Shown here: positions 29,005 to 38,412 of the stretch, piece after piece
Layout: each line of letters begins with the position of its first letter
How positions within the stretch are numbered: position 1 is the first letter of the stretch
NCBI GenBank assembly: GCA_963702895.1
Contig: OY969767.1
Span: forward strand, 2,080,001-2,144,000
Direction of reading: 5' to 3'
DNA: 64,000 bases
Source of the DNA: an uncultured Elusimicrobia bacterium
Lineage (GTDB): Bacteria; Elusimicrobiota; Elusimicrobia; 2-01-FULL-59-12
Notes under the pieces: generated by a model
Told to the model about the DNA's origin: nothing
The model's database searches: none
Seen by the model: the letters and a program-made list of their open reading frames with translations, nothing else
Program-made: the position numbers and the translations under genes

Positions 29005-29534
29005 CAGTTCTCTCCGTCTTTCTTTTTTCCCCCGCGCGCCATCGCGATGATGCCGGTGCGAACCATCTCTTTGATCCCGAAAGGCTTGAGCAGGGTTTCC
29101 AGGGCCTCGATTTTATCCTCGCCGCCCGTGATTTCCACAATCAGGGAATCTCCGGCGACGTCGACGATGCGGGCGCGGAAGATATCGACAATCTGGAAAA
29201 TCTCACTTTTCGTGCTCTTGTCCGCCTTGACTTTGATGAGGGCCAGATCGCGCTCAATATGCGCTTGGCCCTCGTAGTTCTGGACTTTGATGACATCGAT
29301 GAGCTTGTTGAGCTGCTTTTCCACCTGTTCCAGGACCGCTTCGGAGCCACTGGCGACAATCGTCATCCGCGAGACCGCGGGATCCTCGGTTTCACCGACC
29401 GCCAGGCTGTCGATATTAAACCCCCGCGCGGCGAAGAGCGTGGCGATGCGGGCCAGCACCCCGAATTTATTTTCGACCGTGACCGAAATCGTGCGCTTCA
29501 GAATCGGCGATAGGGTGGCTTCTGTTCCGTTCAT
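29004..29534 (-). CDS. ilvN: Acetolactate synthase small (regulatory) subunit
   Basis: [33 protein letters not shown]. Confidence 0.96.
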   Translation of the reverse strand: MNGTEATLSPILKRTISVTVENKFGVLARIATLFAARGFNIDSLAVGETEDPAVSRMTIVASGSEAVLEQVEKQLNKLIDVIKVQNYEGQAHIERDLALIKVKADKSTKSEIFQIVDIFRARIVDVAGDSLIVEITGGEDKIEALETLLKPFGIKEMVRTGIIAMARGGKKKDGEN

Positions 29535-29887
29535 TTTTGAGTTCTCTCGATCAGTTCGTTAATGAGTTCCGCCAAATGCACGAGCGGATCTCCATCGCGT
29601 AAATTCAATTTATGCCGGGGGTTCGCCCCATGCAGCAGGGCGTCCAAATCCTTCTCGATGCGGTACAGGGGCCCCGCGATTTTGCGTGACACCAAGATGG
29701 ACGCGATCGCGCCAAAGCCAATCGCTGGCGCGATACGCCATACCCAGTCTTTGATCCACAGTGAGAGCCAAGCCGTTGCCCCCAAAGAAAAAAAGACCCC
29801 TGCGGCAACCAGCCAGAGGATTCTCATTTGCGTTTCTTTCGTAACGATAAGACGCAGCGGATTGCGCCGCTCGGAAGTGCCAGACAC
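29531..29887 (-). CDS. Small two-TM membrane protein with HAMP-like tail
   Basis: Two hydrophobic segments then SRKIAGPLYRIEKDL...LRDGD; ATGA overlap with ilvN. Confidence 0.65.
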   Translation of the reverse strand: MSGTSERRNPLRLIVTKETQMRILWLVAAGVFFSLGATAWLSLWIKDWVWRIAPAIGFGAIASILVSRKIAGPLYRIEKDLDALLHGANPRHKLNLRDGDPLVHLAELINELIERTQK

Positions 29888-29938
29888 TGAGAGGCATTAT
29901 AGCAAGAACTCTTGACTCGGGGACGTCTCCCGTCTGTC

Positions 29939-31501
29939 TCAGCGGCGGGTTTTGACGTTATCTTTGAGGAATTTGTATTCGACGGCGTCGACCAGGGCGA
30001 GCCACGAGGCTTCGATGAGGTTGGTGGAGACCCCCATCGTCGTCCATTCGTCCCGATGATCACGGGACTCGATGAGGACACGGACTTTAGCGGCCGTACC
30101 CGCGGAAGCGTTCACGACACGGACCTTGTAATCGGTCAGGATCATGTCCTTCAAAGAGGGATAAAACTTTTCAAGGGATTTGCGGAGCGCTTTGTCCAGG
30201 GCATTGACCGGACCGTCGCCTTCGCCGACCGTGTGATCGGCTTTGTCGCCCACGTGGAGTTTGACGGTCGCTTCGGTGCTGACCTTACCGGCACCAGAAC
30301 TCTCCACCTCAACACGGAAATGGTCCAGTTGAAACGCGGGCTTGTGTTTGCCCAAGGCGCGTTGCACCAAGAGCTCAAAAGAAGCCTCCGCGCCTTCGAA
30401 ATGATAGCCTTCCAGCTCCTTGTTCTTCAGGAGGTTCAGGACCGCCGCGCTTGCTTTTTCATTTCCTTCCAGCAAGTGCGTCTTCATCAGGAGATTGCTT
30501 TTCCCGGAAAGCTCCGAGACGAGGATGCGCCTCGTGTTGCCCACCCGCATTGGATCGATATGCTCGTAGGTGGCGGCATGGCGAGAGACAGCCGAGACAT
30601 GCACGCCGCCCTTGTGAGCAAAAGCGGAGTGCCCCACGTAGGGCTGCCGGTCGTTCGGCACCATGTTGGCGATTTCCGAGATCACCCGTGAGGCTTCGGT
30701 GAGAGACCGGAGTTGTTCGTCAGAGACGACGTTGTAGTTCATCTTGAGCTTGAGATTGGCGATGATCGTGGTGAGGTCCGCGTTGCCGCAGCGCTCCCCG
30801 AAACCATTCACGACGCCCTGGACGAGCGTGCACCCGGCCTCAACGGCCGCCAGGGCATTGGCCACCGCGCAGCCGGAATCGTTGTGGGTATGGATCCCGA
30901 GCTCGGCCTGCGGCAAGGCCCGCTGGACGGAGAGAATGGCTTCGGAGATCTGCCGAGGGATGGAGCCGCCATTGGTATCACAGAGCGTCAGGTTGATCGC
31001 TCCGGCCTCCAGGGCCGCTTTGAGCGTTTGAATCGCGTAGGACGGGTTCGCACGGTAGCCATCAAAGAAATGCTCGGCGTCATAAATGACATCCAGTTTC
31101 TTTGAGCGAAGGAAGCGGACCGAGTCCCGGATCATATTCAGATTTTCATCGAGCGAGGCACGCAAAGCCTGCGTGACCTGCATGTCCCAGGATTTGCCAA
31201 AAATGCAGGCGACAGGAGCTTGGGAGGCCACAAGGGCTTTGAGGTTGGGGTCCTCCGAAGCGCGAATTCCCTTGCGGCGCGTGGAACCGAAGGCGACCAA
31301 GCGCGCTGTTTTGAATTTGATCTTGCGCGCATCACGAAAGAACTGGTTGTCCTTGGGGTTGGACCCCGGCCAGCCGCCTTCAATGAAGTTCACCCCCAGG
31401 CGGTCGAGTTCCTGGGCAATGCGAAGCTTGTCATGCGGAGAGAAGGAAATCCCCTCCGCCTGAGAACCGTCCCGCAAGGTGGTGTCGAAGAGTTTGATCA
31501 C
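29939..31501 (-). CDS. cimA: Citramalate synthase
   Basis: DTTLRDGSQAEG, EGGWPGSNPKD, YDAEHFFDG, AFAHKGGVH. Confidence 0.94.
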   Translation of the reverse strand: MIKLFDTTLRDGSQAEGISFSPHDKLRIAQELDRLGVNFIEGGWPGSNPKDNQFFRDARKIKFKTARLVAFGSTRRKGIRASEDPNLKALVASQAPVACIFGKSWDMQVTQALRASLDENLNMIRDSVRFLRSKKLDVIYDAEHFFDGYRANPSYAIQTLKAALEAGAINLTLCDTNGGSIPRQISEAILSVQRALPQAELGIHTHNDSGCAVANALAAVEAGCTLVQGVVNGFGERCGNADLTTIIANLKLKMNYNVVSDEQLRSLTEASRVISEIANMVPNDRQPYVGHSAFAHKGGVHVSAVSRHAATYEHIDPMRVGNTRRILVSELSGKSNLLMKTHLLEGNEKASAAVLNLLKNKELEGYHFEGAEASFELLVQRALGKHKPAFQLDHFRVEVESSGAGKVSTEATVKLHVGDKADHTVGEGDGPVNALDKALRKSLEKFYPSLKDMILTDYKVRVVNASAGTAAKVRVLIESRDHRDEWTTMGVSTNLIEASWLALVDAVEYKFLKDNVKTRR

Positions 31502-32718
31502 TATTTTTTATCGAGCCCGAACGCCTTGTGCAGCACCCGCACGGCATCATCCACGTGGTCTCGAGAGATGACACAAGAGATCTTGATCTCGGAAGTCGAG
31601 ATCATCTGAATGTTGATTTTGGCCTCGGCGAGCGCCTCAAACATCTTGGAGGCCACCCCCGCATGGCTGCGCATCCCCACACCCACGACGGCAACTTTGC
31701 CGATGTTGGCCGTATGCACGAGGTCCTCGGCCTCGAGCGCGACTTTCACGGGGCGCAACGCCCGGAGCGCCTTTTTGAGGTCGCCTTCGCTCACCGTAAA
31801 GGAGATATCGTTTTTCCTGTCGACCGCTTCTGACTGAATGATCATGTCGACGTTAATGCCCGCCTTGCCGAGCGCGCCAAAGATCTTGGCCGCCACGCCG
31901 GGCCGATCGGGAATTTCCACGATCGAAATTTTGGCCTGCTTGCGATCAAAGGCCACGCCTGAGACCACCACATTTTCCATGTGCCTCACCTCCTTGTGCA
32001 CCCGGGTCCCGGGCGCCTGTGAAAAAGTTGACCGAACCTCAAAGACCACATCATATTTTTTCGCGACTTCCACGGATCTTCCCTGCATGACCTGGGCGCC
32101 CGCGCCGGCTAGCTCCAGCATCTCATCGTAGGAAATCTCATCAAGCTTGCGGGCTGCCGGCACCACCCGCGGGTCGGTCGTGTAAATGCCTTCCACATCC
32201 GTATAAATCTCGCAGAGATCGGCCTTGAGCGCCGCGGCCAGGGCGATCGCGGTCAGATCCGAGCCGCCGCGGCCGAGCGTCGCGATATCATCGTTGGGGT
32301 TGAGGCCCTGAAAACCCGCCACGACGACGACGCGCCGTTTGGCGAGTTCGGACCATATCTTTTTGGGCAGGATGTGCGTGATGCGCGCGCGCGTGTGGCT
32401 GGCATCGGCAAAGATGCCCGCCTGGGGACCGGTGAGCGAAATCGCCGCCTGCCCTTTGGCATGGAGCGCCATGCAAAGAAGCGCAATGGAGGCCTGCTCG
32501 CCGGTCGCCAAGAGCATATCCATCTCGCGCGGCGGGGCGCTCCGGGTAATGCCTTCCGCCATCTCGATCAAGTCATCCGTCATGTCGCCAGGGGCGGAGA
32601 CGACCACGACGACCCTGTAGCCCTCTTTTTTCTTGGCGATGATCCGCCCCGCGACATGCTTGACTTTCTGGGCATCCGCGACGGAAGATCCCCCAAACTT
32701 CATGACCACAAGCTTCAT
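31501..32718 (-). CDS. lysC: Aspartate kinase
   Basis: VMKFGGSSV, TLGRGGSDLTA, two ACT domains. Start revised to 32718. Confidence 0.96.
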   Translation of the reverse strand: MKLVVMKFGGSSVADAQKVKHVAGRIIAKKKEGYRVVVVVSAPGDMTDDLIEMAEGITRSAPPREMDMLLATGEQASIALLCMALHAKGQAAISLTGPQAGIFADASHTRARITHILPKKIWSELAKRRVVVVAGFQGLNPNDDIATLGRGGSDLTAIALAAALKADLCEIYTDVEGIYTTDPRVVPAARKLDEISYDEMLELAGAGAQVMQGRSVEVAKKYDVVFEVRSTFSQAPGTRVHKEVRHMENVVVSGVAFDRKQAKISIVEIPDRPGVAAKIFGALGKAGINVDMIIQSEAVDRKNDISFTVSEGDLKKALRALRPVKVALEAEDLVHTANIGKVAVVGVGMRSHAGVASKMFEALAEAKINIQMISTSEIKISCVISRDHVDDAVRVLHKAFGLDKK

Positions 32719-32765
32719 GGTTCGAGTCTCCTGACCATGACCCTGAGCGAAGTCGAACGGGTCAT
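32715..32765. repeat. REP-like family A copy filling the thrB-lysC gap
   Basis: TCATGGTTCGAGTCTCCTGACCATGACCCTGAGCGAAGTCGAACGGGTCAT; TCAT at both ends. Confidence 0.85.
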
Positions 32766-33700
32766 TGGTAGCGCACTCCTTTGTTATCAAGCAAGAGTTC
32801 CTGGAAAAGGCTTGTGACGCCGCGCGCGCCAAAAGCTTTTTGCATCGCAAACCCGACTTTTTTGGCGACCGGTCCCGGTTTGACGAGCGCGATGACAGAC
32901 GAGCCGGCGCCCGAAAGCGCGGCGCCGTAAGCGCCCGCTTTGGACGCTTCGGAGATCGCGTCCCGGAGTCCCGGGATAAGACGCGCTCGGGCAGGCTGGT
33001 GCAAGACGTCTTCCATGGCGAAATCGAGCCAGTCATAGCGCTTCTGCAGGAGGGCACCCAACAGGAACGCGACGCGCGAGGAGGTAAAGACAGCCGCTGA
33101 AAACGGGATACGGCTGGGAAGAACGCGCCGGGCGTCCCGGGTCTCGAGCGGCCTGTCCGGAGAACAAACCACAGCGCGGAGCTCCTGCGGTGCGGGAAAA
33201 CGAAGATAACGAACCTCTTCCTTGATGACTCCGGCGATACAGAGCCCCCCTACAAAAGCCGGAACAACGTTGTCCGGATGTCCTTCGACACTGACCGCCA
33301 TCTCCAGCAGGACGGACAACGGCAGGCGTCCGCCCGTTAAGGCGTTGGCCGCGCAGAGGCCGCCGACAATCGCCGAGGAACTTGAGCCAAGTCCGCGCGC
33401 CAGTGGTATGCGGTTGATGGTCTTGAGCCGGATCATGCCACGGGGCCAACGTTTGGCTTTCTCAAAAACTTTGAGCGCCATCTGAAGAACGAGATTGGAA
33501 TTGTCCGTCGGAAGGCGACCCGCACCTTCCCCCTCAATGGTGACGCTCATGATCGGATTCTGGCGAAACGAACTGAATTGAGCGTCATCGGTTTCCAGAT
33601 GCACTTCGTTGTAAAGCGAAAGAGCCATGCCCAAGACGTCAAAACCAGGCCCCAAATTGGCACTGGTGGCGGGAACTTGTACGACCACTTTCTTGCTCAT
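32762..33700 (-). CDS. thrB: Homoserine kinase
   Basis: PATSANLGPGFD, PLARGLGSS, EGHPDN, LSGAG. Start revised to 33700. Confidence 0.96.
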   Translation of the reverse strand: MSKKVVVQVPATSANLGPGFDVLGMALSLYNEVHLETDDAQFSSFRQNPIMSVTIEGEGAGRLPTDNSNLVLQMALKVFEKAKRWPRGMIRLKTINRIPLARGLGSSSSAIVGGLCAANALTGGRLPLSVLLEMAVSVEGHPDNVVPAFVGGLCIAGVIKEEVRYLRFPAPQELRAVVCSPDRPLETRDARRVLPSRIPFSAAVFTSSRVAFLLGALLQKRYDWLDFAMEDVLHQPARARLIPGLRDAISEASKAGAYGAALSGAGSSVIALVKPGPVAKKVGFAMQKAFGARGVTSLFQELLLDNKGVRYQ

Positions 33701-33711
33701 AACTCCCCTGA

Positions 33712-33784
33712 CGTCATCCCCCGCGGACGTAAGCGGGGGACGCCTGTCGTGTGGCGTCCCGGCTAACAACATGCCGGGATGACG
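33712..33784. repeat. CGTC-tagged REP-like element, family B; inside the thiE 3' end
   Basis: CGTCATCCCCCGC..GCGGGGGA..CCCGGC..GCCGGGATGACG. Confidence 0.88.
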
Positions 33785-34445
33785 ACAAAACCTCCTCAAT
33801 CCTTCTTTTCAATTGTCTTGCCGCTCCTGCAATGTCCTCTTGGCCACAAACGGCACGCACCACCGCCACGCGCTTAGCACCTGCTGAGAGCACCTCCGAC
33901 ACGTTGGAGGCATCGATGCCGCCAATGGCAACGTGGGGTGTGGAGACCCGGCTTGTGACCGCACGGACGAGCTCAAGGCCCACGGGATTATACGTTGGTT
34001 TGGTGGGTGTGGCGAACACCGGGCCGATGCCCATGTAATCCGCTCCCTGTCGCTCCGCTTCGAGAGCCTGTTCCAGGCTGTGTGTGGAGCATCCCACAAG
34101 AAAGTTCTTGACCCCCATGAGGCGGAGGAGTTTTTTCGCTTGGACGACGGGCAAATCCTCTTGGCCCAAATGAACACCATCGGCTTCGACCGTCAAGGCC
34201 ACTTCGAGGGCGTCATTGACGATGAAAAGGACCCCTGCCTCCGCGCAGATTTTTTTCAGGCGCTGGGCCACTTTGTAGCGCTCCCGGCCGGTAATCAGTT
34301 TGTCCCGAAACTGCAGGATCTCCGCGCCGCCTTCGCAAGCGGCCTTGACCATCGGCTCATAACCGTCCGGTCCGCTTTTCGGCGGACAGGTGATCACATA
34401 CAGGCGCGCTTGTTGAAACCGTTCGATAAGAGTCTGGCTTCCCAT
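33714..34445 (-). CDS. thiE: Thiamine-phosphate synthase
   Basis: LQFRDK, FIVND, DGVHLGQED, GPVFATPTK, AIGGI. Confidence 0.95.
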   Translation of the reverse strand: MGSQTLIERFQQARLYVITCPPKSGPDGYEPMVKAACEGGAEILQFRDKLITGRERYKVAQRLKKICAEAGVLFIVNDALEVALTVEADGVHLGQEDLPVVQAKKLLRLMGVKNFLVGCSTHSLEQALEAERQGADYMGIGPVFATPTKPTYNPVGLELVRAVTSRVSTPHVAIGGIDASNVSEVLSAGAKRVAVVRAVCGQEDIAGAARQLKRRIEEVLSSSRHVVSRDATRQASPAYVRGG

Positions 34446-34888
34446 TGATAAATTTTAAACCTGAGCATCTGCGCTCTTCTGATCGCGCGGGGGGAGATCA
34501 CGCGCCCATATTCTTCAAAAACCCGGAAGGCCTCTTCGCAACGCTTGAAATTGGCCGCCAGGAGCGCCCGGACTCCCCCTCGATAAGGTTTGGCCGGGTT
34601 CGAACGCCCGGGGTCACGAGCCACATTTCGCGCGGCAAGGAGATATCGGTAATGGCCTCGGACGAGTTCGTCGAGACCATGGCGCAGACCTCGTAGGGCC
34701 TCTGCCGCCGCCGCGTCTTCGATAACGAAACGTGCGGTGTCTTCGATGATCCGCAGGCCCTCACGCGCCCGGTTGACGTTGGCATCGAGCACGCGCCATA
34801 TGGCCGAAGAGCGAGAAAAGACAGAAGAAGTGTGCAAAGGCCGTTTCGCTTGTCGCTTGTTGTTCTTCTTCCTTCGGTTACGTCCCAT
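34394..34888 (-). CDS. Stand-alone ThiD2-like helical domain (N-terminal module of long-form ThiE)
   Basis: [43 protein letters not shown]. Confidence 0.85.
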   Translation of the reverse strand: MGRNRRKKNNKRQAKRPLHTSSVFSRSSAIWRVLDANVNRAREGLRIIEDTARFVIEDAAAAEALRGLRHGLDELVRGHYRYLLAARNVARDPGRSNPAKPYRGGVRALLAANFKRCEEAFRVFEEYGRVISPRAIRRAQMLRFKIYQWEARLLSNGFNKRACM

Positions 34889-35351
34889 ACGCCTTCATGA
34901 TTTTCCGAATGATCGCTGTGCTCGAGCGTCCCCGGACCAGGGGGATCCGCACGACTTTCTTCACCAAGTCGCTCCCGACGATTTCGCCGTGCGCGTAATC
35001 GCCTCCTTTGACCAGGACATCGGGCCGGAGCTTTTTGATGAGCTCATAGGGCGTGTCTTCATCAAAAAAAGTCACGTAATCGACCGCTTCCAGACCTGCA
35101 AGGACCTTGGCCCGGTCTCGTTCGGTCGCGATCGGTCGAAAGGGACCTTTCAGGCGCTTCACGGACGCGTCCGTATTGATCCCCACGACCAGCACATCGC
35201 CTAAGCGCGCGGCCTTTTCTAAGAGCGTCACGTGCCCTGCATGGAGAAGGTCGTAGACACCATTCGTGAAAACAATGGTCTTTTTCTCCCGTTTCTTGCG
35301 GGCTAAAAGAGAGGCCAAGCCAGACGCCTTCGTGATCTTTCGTATTTTCAT
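34878..35351 (-). CDS. rfaE2: D-glycero-beta-D-manno-heptose 1-phosphate adenylyltransferase
   Basis: [27 protein letters not shown]. Confidence 0.93.
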   Translation of the reverse strand: MKIRKITKASGLASLLARKKREKKTIVFTNGVYDLLHAGHVTLLEKAARLGDVLVVGINTDASVKRLKGPFRPIATERDRAKVLAGLEAVDYVTFFDEDTPYELIKKLRPDVLVKGGDYAHGEIVGSDLVKKVVRIPLVRGRSSTAIIRKIMKAYGT

Positions 35352-35369
35352 AAAGGGGGGATGCGCGCG

Positions 35370-35939
35370 TTAAACGCGCGCCGTCATGAACGCGGCATCG
35401 ACAGCAGCGCAGATCGCATGGATGAGAGCGATATGGCATTCCTGGATATGCGCGGTGCGGTCCGAAGGGACCGTCACGCAACAATCGACGATCCCTTTGA
35501 GCTGGCCTCCAGTCTTGCCAGTGAGTCCCGCGGTCCAGGCCTTTTGCTTTTTCGCCTCTTCCAGACCTTTTAAAACGTTCCGCGCGTTGCCGCTCGTTGA
35601 AATGCCAATCACCACGTCCCCCGCCGTCACAAGTGCCTTGACTTGGAGGGAAAAGACCTCTTCGTAGCCAAAATCATTGGCGATCGCCGTGAGCGCCGAG
35701 GTATCGGTGGTGAGCGCCATCGCTGGGAGCCCTGGACGCTCTTTCTCAAAACGACCAACGAGTTCAGCCGCAAAATGTTGAGCGTCAGCCGCGGAACCAC
35801 CGTTACCAAAGATCACCAGCTTCTTGCCGGCGCGAAATGCCCGGATAATTTCGGACGCGACGCGCTCGGCCTCCGCCGTTTGCGCGGCGGCCTGTTCCTT
35901 CACGCGGCAGCTGTCTTTTAAATGCTGGGAGATGGACAT
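35370..35939 (-). CDS. gmhA: Phosphoheptose isomerase
   Basis: GNGGSAADAQHFAAEL, ISTSGN, IQECH. Confidence 0.96.
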   Translation of the reverse strand: MSISQHLKDSCRVKEQAAAQTAEAERVASEIIRAFRAGKKLVIFGNGGSAADAQHFAAELVGRFEKERPGLPAMALTTDTSALTAIANDFGYEEVFSLQVKALVTAGDVVIGISTSGNARNVLKGLEEAKKQKAWTAGLTGKTGGQLKGIVDCCVTVPSDRTAHIQECHIALIHAICAAVDAAFMTARV

Positions 35940-35941
35940 TT

Positions 35942-37300
35942 TTATTTGACTCCGTTATTCATCATGTACTTCGCGATAAAATCGGTATTGGCCTCCCCCT
36001 TCTTGAACACCTCATGCTCCATGATGCGTTGAAAGAGCGGGATCGTCGTCTTCACGCCTACAATCTGGAATTCCGACAAGGCGCGCTGCATCCGACGAAT
36101 GGCTTGCTCGCGGTTTGTGCCATGAACAATGAGCTTGGCTAAGAGGGAGTCGTAGTAAGTGGGGATCGTATAGCCTGTGTAGAGGTGCGTGTCGACGCGA
36201 ACACCCGGAGGCCCTGGAAGAATCAGTTGCTCAATCGTCCCAGGGCATGGTCGAAAGTCATGGTCCGGGTCTTCGGCGTTGATGCGGCACTCCAGGGCAT
36301 GTCCTCGCGCCGGATAGTCATCCCGGTCGTAATCAATCCGCTCGCCCGCGGCCAGGCGGATCTGCTCCTGGACAAGATCGAGCCCCGTGACCATCTCGGT
36401 CACCGTATGCTCCACCTGGATGCGGGTGTTCATCTCAAGGAAATAAAACTCGCCCTTGGGATCCACGAGGAACTCCACGGTCCCCACCGTCACATAATCA
36501 ACGGCCTCCGCCGCGCGGCGTGCGGCTTTGCCCATCTTGCGACGAAGCGACGAATCCACGAACGGTGAGGGACTTTCCTCAATCAGCTTCTGGTGACGGC
36601 GCTGTACAGAGCACTCACGCTCCGGCAAATAGATCACGCGGCCTTTGGAATCAGCGACGATCTGAAATTCGATGTGACGGGGCTTTTCAATGTACTTTTC
36701 GAGATAGACGTCGCCGTTGCCGAAGGCCTTTTTGGCTTCCGTTTGGGCCACTTCGATCGCCGCGCGAAGCTCAGACTCGCTGTTGACAATCCGCATGCCG
36801 CGCCCACCGCCGCCCGCCACGGCTTTGACAATGACGGGGTAACCAATTTTTCGAGCGAGCTTCGGAAGCCCAGCGTCATCCGGTGACACGGGGCCCTCCG
36901 AACCCGGAACGATCGGAACATCGGCCTTGCGCATGGTCTCCCGCGCGGCCGCTTTGTCCCCCATGCGCTCAATGGCCTCTTTGGACGGCCCGATGAAATG
37001 GATATGGCAGGACTCGCACACATCGGCAAAATAGGTGTTCTCGGAGAGGAAGCCGTAGCCCGGGTGGATCGCGTCGGCGCCCGAGATCTCCGCGGCAGAG
37101 ATGATATTGGGAATATTGAGGTAGCTTTCCGCGGTGGGCCCCGGCCCGATACAGACCGACTCCTCCGCAAGCTTCACATGCAGGCTTTCACGGTCGACCT
37201 CCGAATGGACCGCGACCGTCTTGAGGCCCATCTCGCGGCAAGCCCTGATGATGCGCACGGCAATTTCACCACGGTTGGCAATCAGGACTTTCTTAAACAT
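35942..37300 (-). CDS. accC: Acetyl-CoA carboxylase biotin carboxylase
   Basis: [34 protein letters not shown]. Start revised to 37300. Confidence 0.97.
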   Translation of the reverse strand: MFKKVLIANRGEIAVRIIRACREMGLKTVAVHSEVDRESLHVKLAEESVCIGPGPTAESYLNIPNIISAAEISGADAIHPGYGFLSENTYFADVCESCHIHFIGPSKEAIERMGDKAAARETMRKADVPIVPGSEGPVSPDDAGLPKLARKIGYPVIVKAVAGGGGRGMRIVNSESELRAAIEVAQTEAKKAFGNGDVYLEKYIEKPRHIEFQIVADSKGRVIYLPERECSVQRRHQKLIEESPSPFVDSSLRRKMGKAARRAAEAVDYVTVGTVEFLVDPKGEFYFLEMNTRIQVEHTVTEMVTGLDLVQEQIRLAAGERIDYDRDDYPARGHALECRINAEDPDHDFRPCPGTIEQLILPGPPGVRVDTHLYTGYTIPTYYDSLLAKLIVHGTNREQAIRRMQRALSEFQIVGVKTTIPLFQRIMEHEVFKKGEANTDFIAKYMMNNGVK

Positions 37301-37745
37301 CGAGGGTCGCCTCCCCGTTCGGTTCGATTTCAAAGAGCGGCTGGCCGTATTCGACGGGGTGTCCGTTGGCAACCAGAGCTTTGACGATCCGGCATGCTCC
37401 TGGGGCGAGCACATCTTTCATGATCTTCATGGCTTCAATGGCTGCGACCGGTTGGCCGGAGGTCACTTTCGTTCCCTCCACCACCAGCGGCGGGCGGTTC
37501 GGTGAATCGGACCGATAAAATGTTCCGACCATGGTGGACTTGATGGTCATGGGCTCCGCGGCTTTGGCGGGGGCCTCTTGGGCCGGCGCGCCCTGCTCCA
37601 AGGAGGCGATGGCCGGGGCTTGCGCGTGAGGAAAGACCGACCTGCGAAAGCTGATGGAGGACCCTTTTTTCTCCCACATCACTTCCTGAAGGTCGGTTGA
37701 TTCGACAAACTCCAGAAGATCGTTTAAGCGTTTATCCACCATCAT
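37293..37745 (-). CDS. accB: Biotin carboxyl carrier protein
   Basis: [18 protein letters not shown]. Confidence 0.94.
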   Translation of the reverse strand: MMVDKRLNDLLEFVESTDLQEVMWEKKGSSISFRRSVFPHAQAPAIASLEQGAPAQEAPAKAAEPMTIKSTMVGTFYRSDSPNRPPLVVEGTKVTSGQPVAAIEAMKIMKDVLAPGACRIVKALVANGHPVEYGQPLFEIEPNGEATLDV

Positions 37746-38302
37746 GAAAGCCTCGACAAATACTCTCCGGTACGGGTGTCGACTTTCACGACATCCCCTT
37801 CCTTCACAAAAAGAGGAACGTTGATCTCGATTCCCGTTTCCAGCGTCGCCGGCTTCATCATGTTCGAAACGGAGTCTCCTTTGATGCCGGGGACAGTCTG
37901 CGCCACCTTAAGCTCCACCGTCGTAGGAAGAGCAATGGAGAGAAACTTGTCATCCAAATAGAGCGCTTCCACTTCGAGATTCTCCGTCAAATAGTGGGCG
38001 AGGTCTCCCATTTTCTCCTTGGGGTAGCTCAGCTGCTCAAAGGATTCCATATCCATGAAGTGGTAGCCTTCTGTATCGGAGTAGAGAAATTGCTTCTTTC
38101 GCTTGGTGGGAATGATCTCCTTGAAGCGGTCCGCCTGCTTGAAGGTGCGCTCCAGAATCGACCCTGTATAGAGATTCTTGAATTTCACACGCATGATGGC
38201 GTGCGACATCGCCGTCTTGTGGTTTTGGAACCACAGGATCTGATACGGCGCGTTTTCGAATTCGATGATTAGTCCGTTGCGAAAGTCAACTGGCTCGATC
38301 AT
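37742..38302 (-). CDS. efp: Elongation factor P with atypical loop (KTAMS)
   Basis: FMDMESFEQ, PGIKGD, KPATLETG, VPLFV..GD.VKVDTRTGEY; pepP-efp-accB-accC synteny. Confidence 0.95.
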   Translation of the reverse strand: MIEPVDFRNGLIIEFENAPYQILWFQNHKTAMSHAIMRVKFKNLYTGSILERTFKQADRFKEIIPTKRKKQFLYSDTEGYHFMDMESFEQLSYPKEKMGDLAHYLTENLEVEALYLDDKFLSIALPTTVELKVAQTVPGIKGDSVSNMMKPATLETGIEINVPLFVKEGDVVKVDTRTGEYLSRLS

Positions 38303-38315
38303 AAAATCTTCCTCT

Positions 38316-38400
38316 CGTCATCCCCGCATGATGTCAGCGGGGATCCAGCGATGTTGACGATAAAGTCTCTGGACCCCGGCTTACGGATTGCCGGGGTGAC
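38316..38400. repeat. CGTC-tagged REP-like doublet, family B
   Basis: CGTCATCCCCGC..GCGGGGATCCA ... TGGACCCCGGC..GCCGGGGTGAC. Confidence 0.88.
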
Positions 38401-38412
38401 TCCCTTTGGGAG

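Noticed and set aside
34440..34465. Programmed -1 slippery site between ThiD2 and thiE
   Set aside because: TTTAAAA is not in the X XXY YYZ register of the upstream frame, and no stimulatory structure is evident.
34446..34900. TPP riboswitch or amino-acid attenuators
   Set aside because: No intergenic space or recognisable aptamer/leader peptide upstream of the thi, ilv, leu or thr genes.
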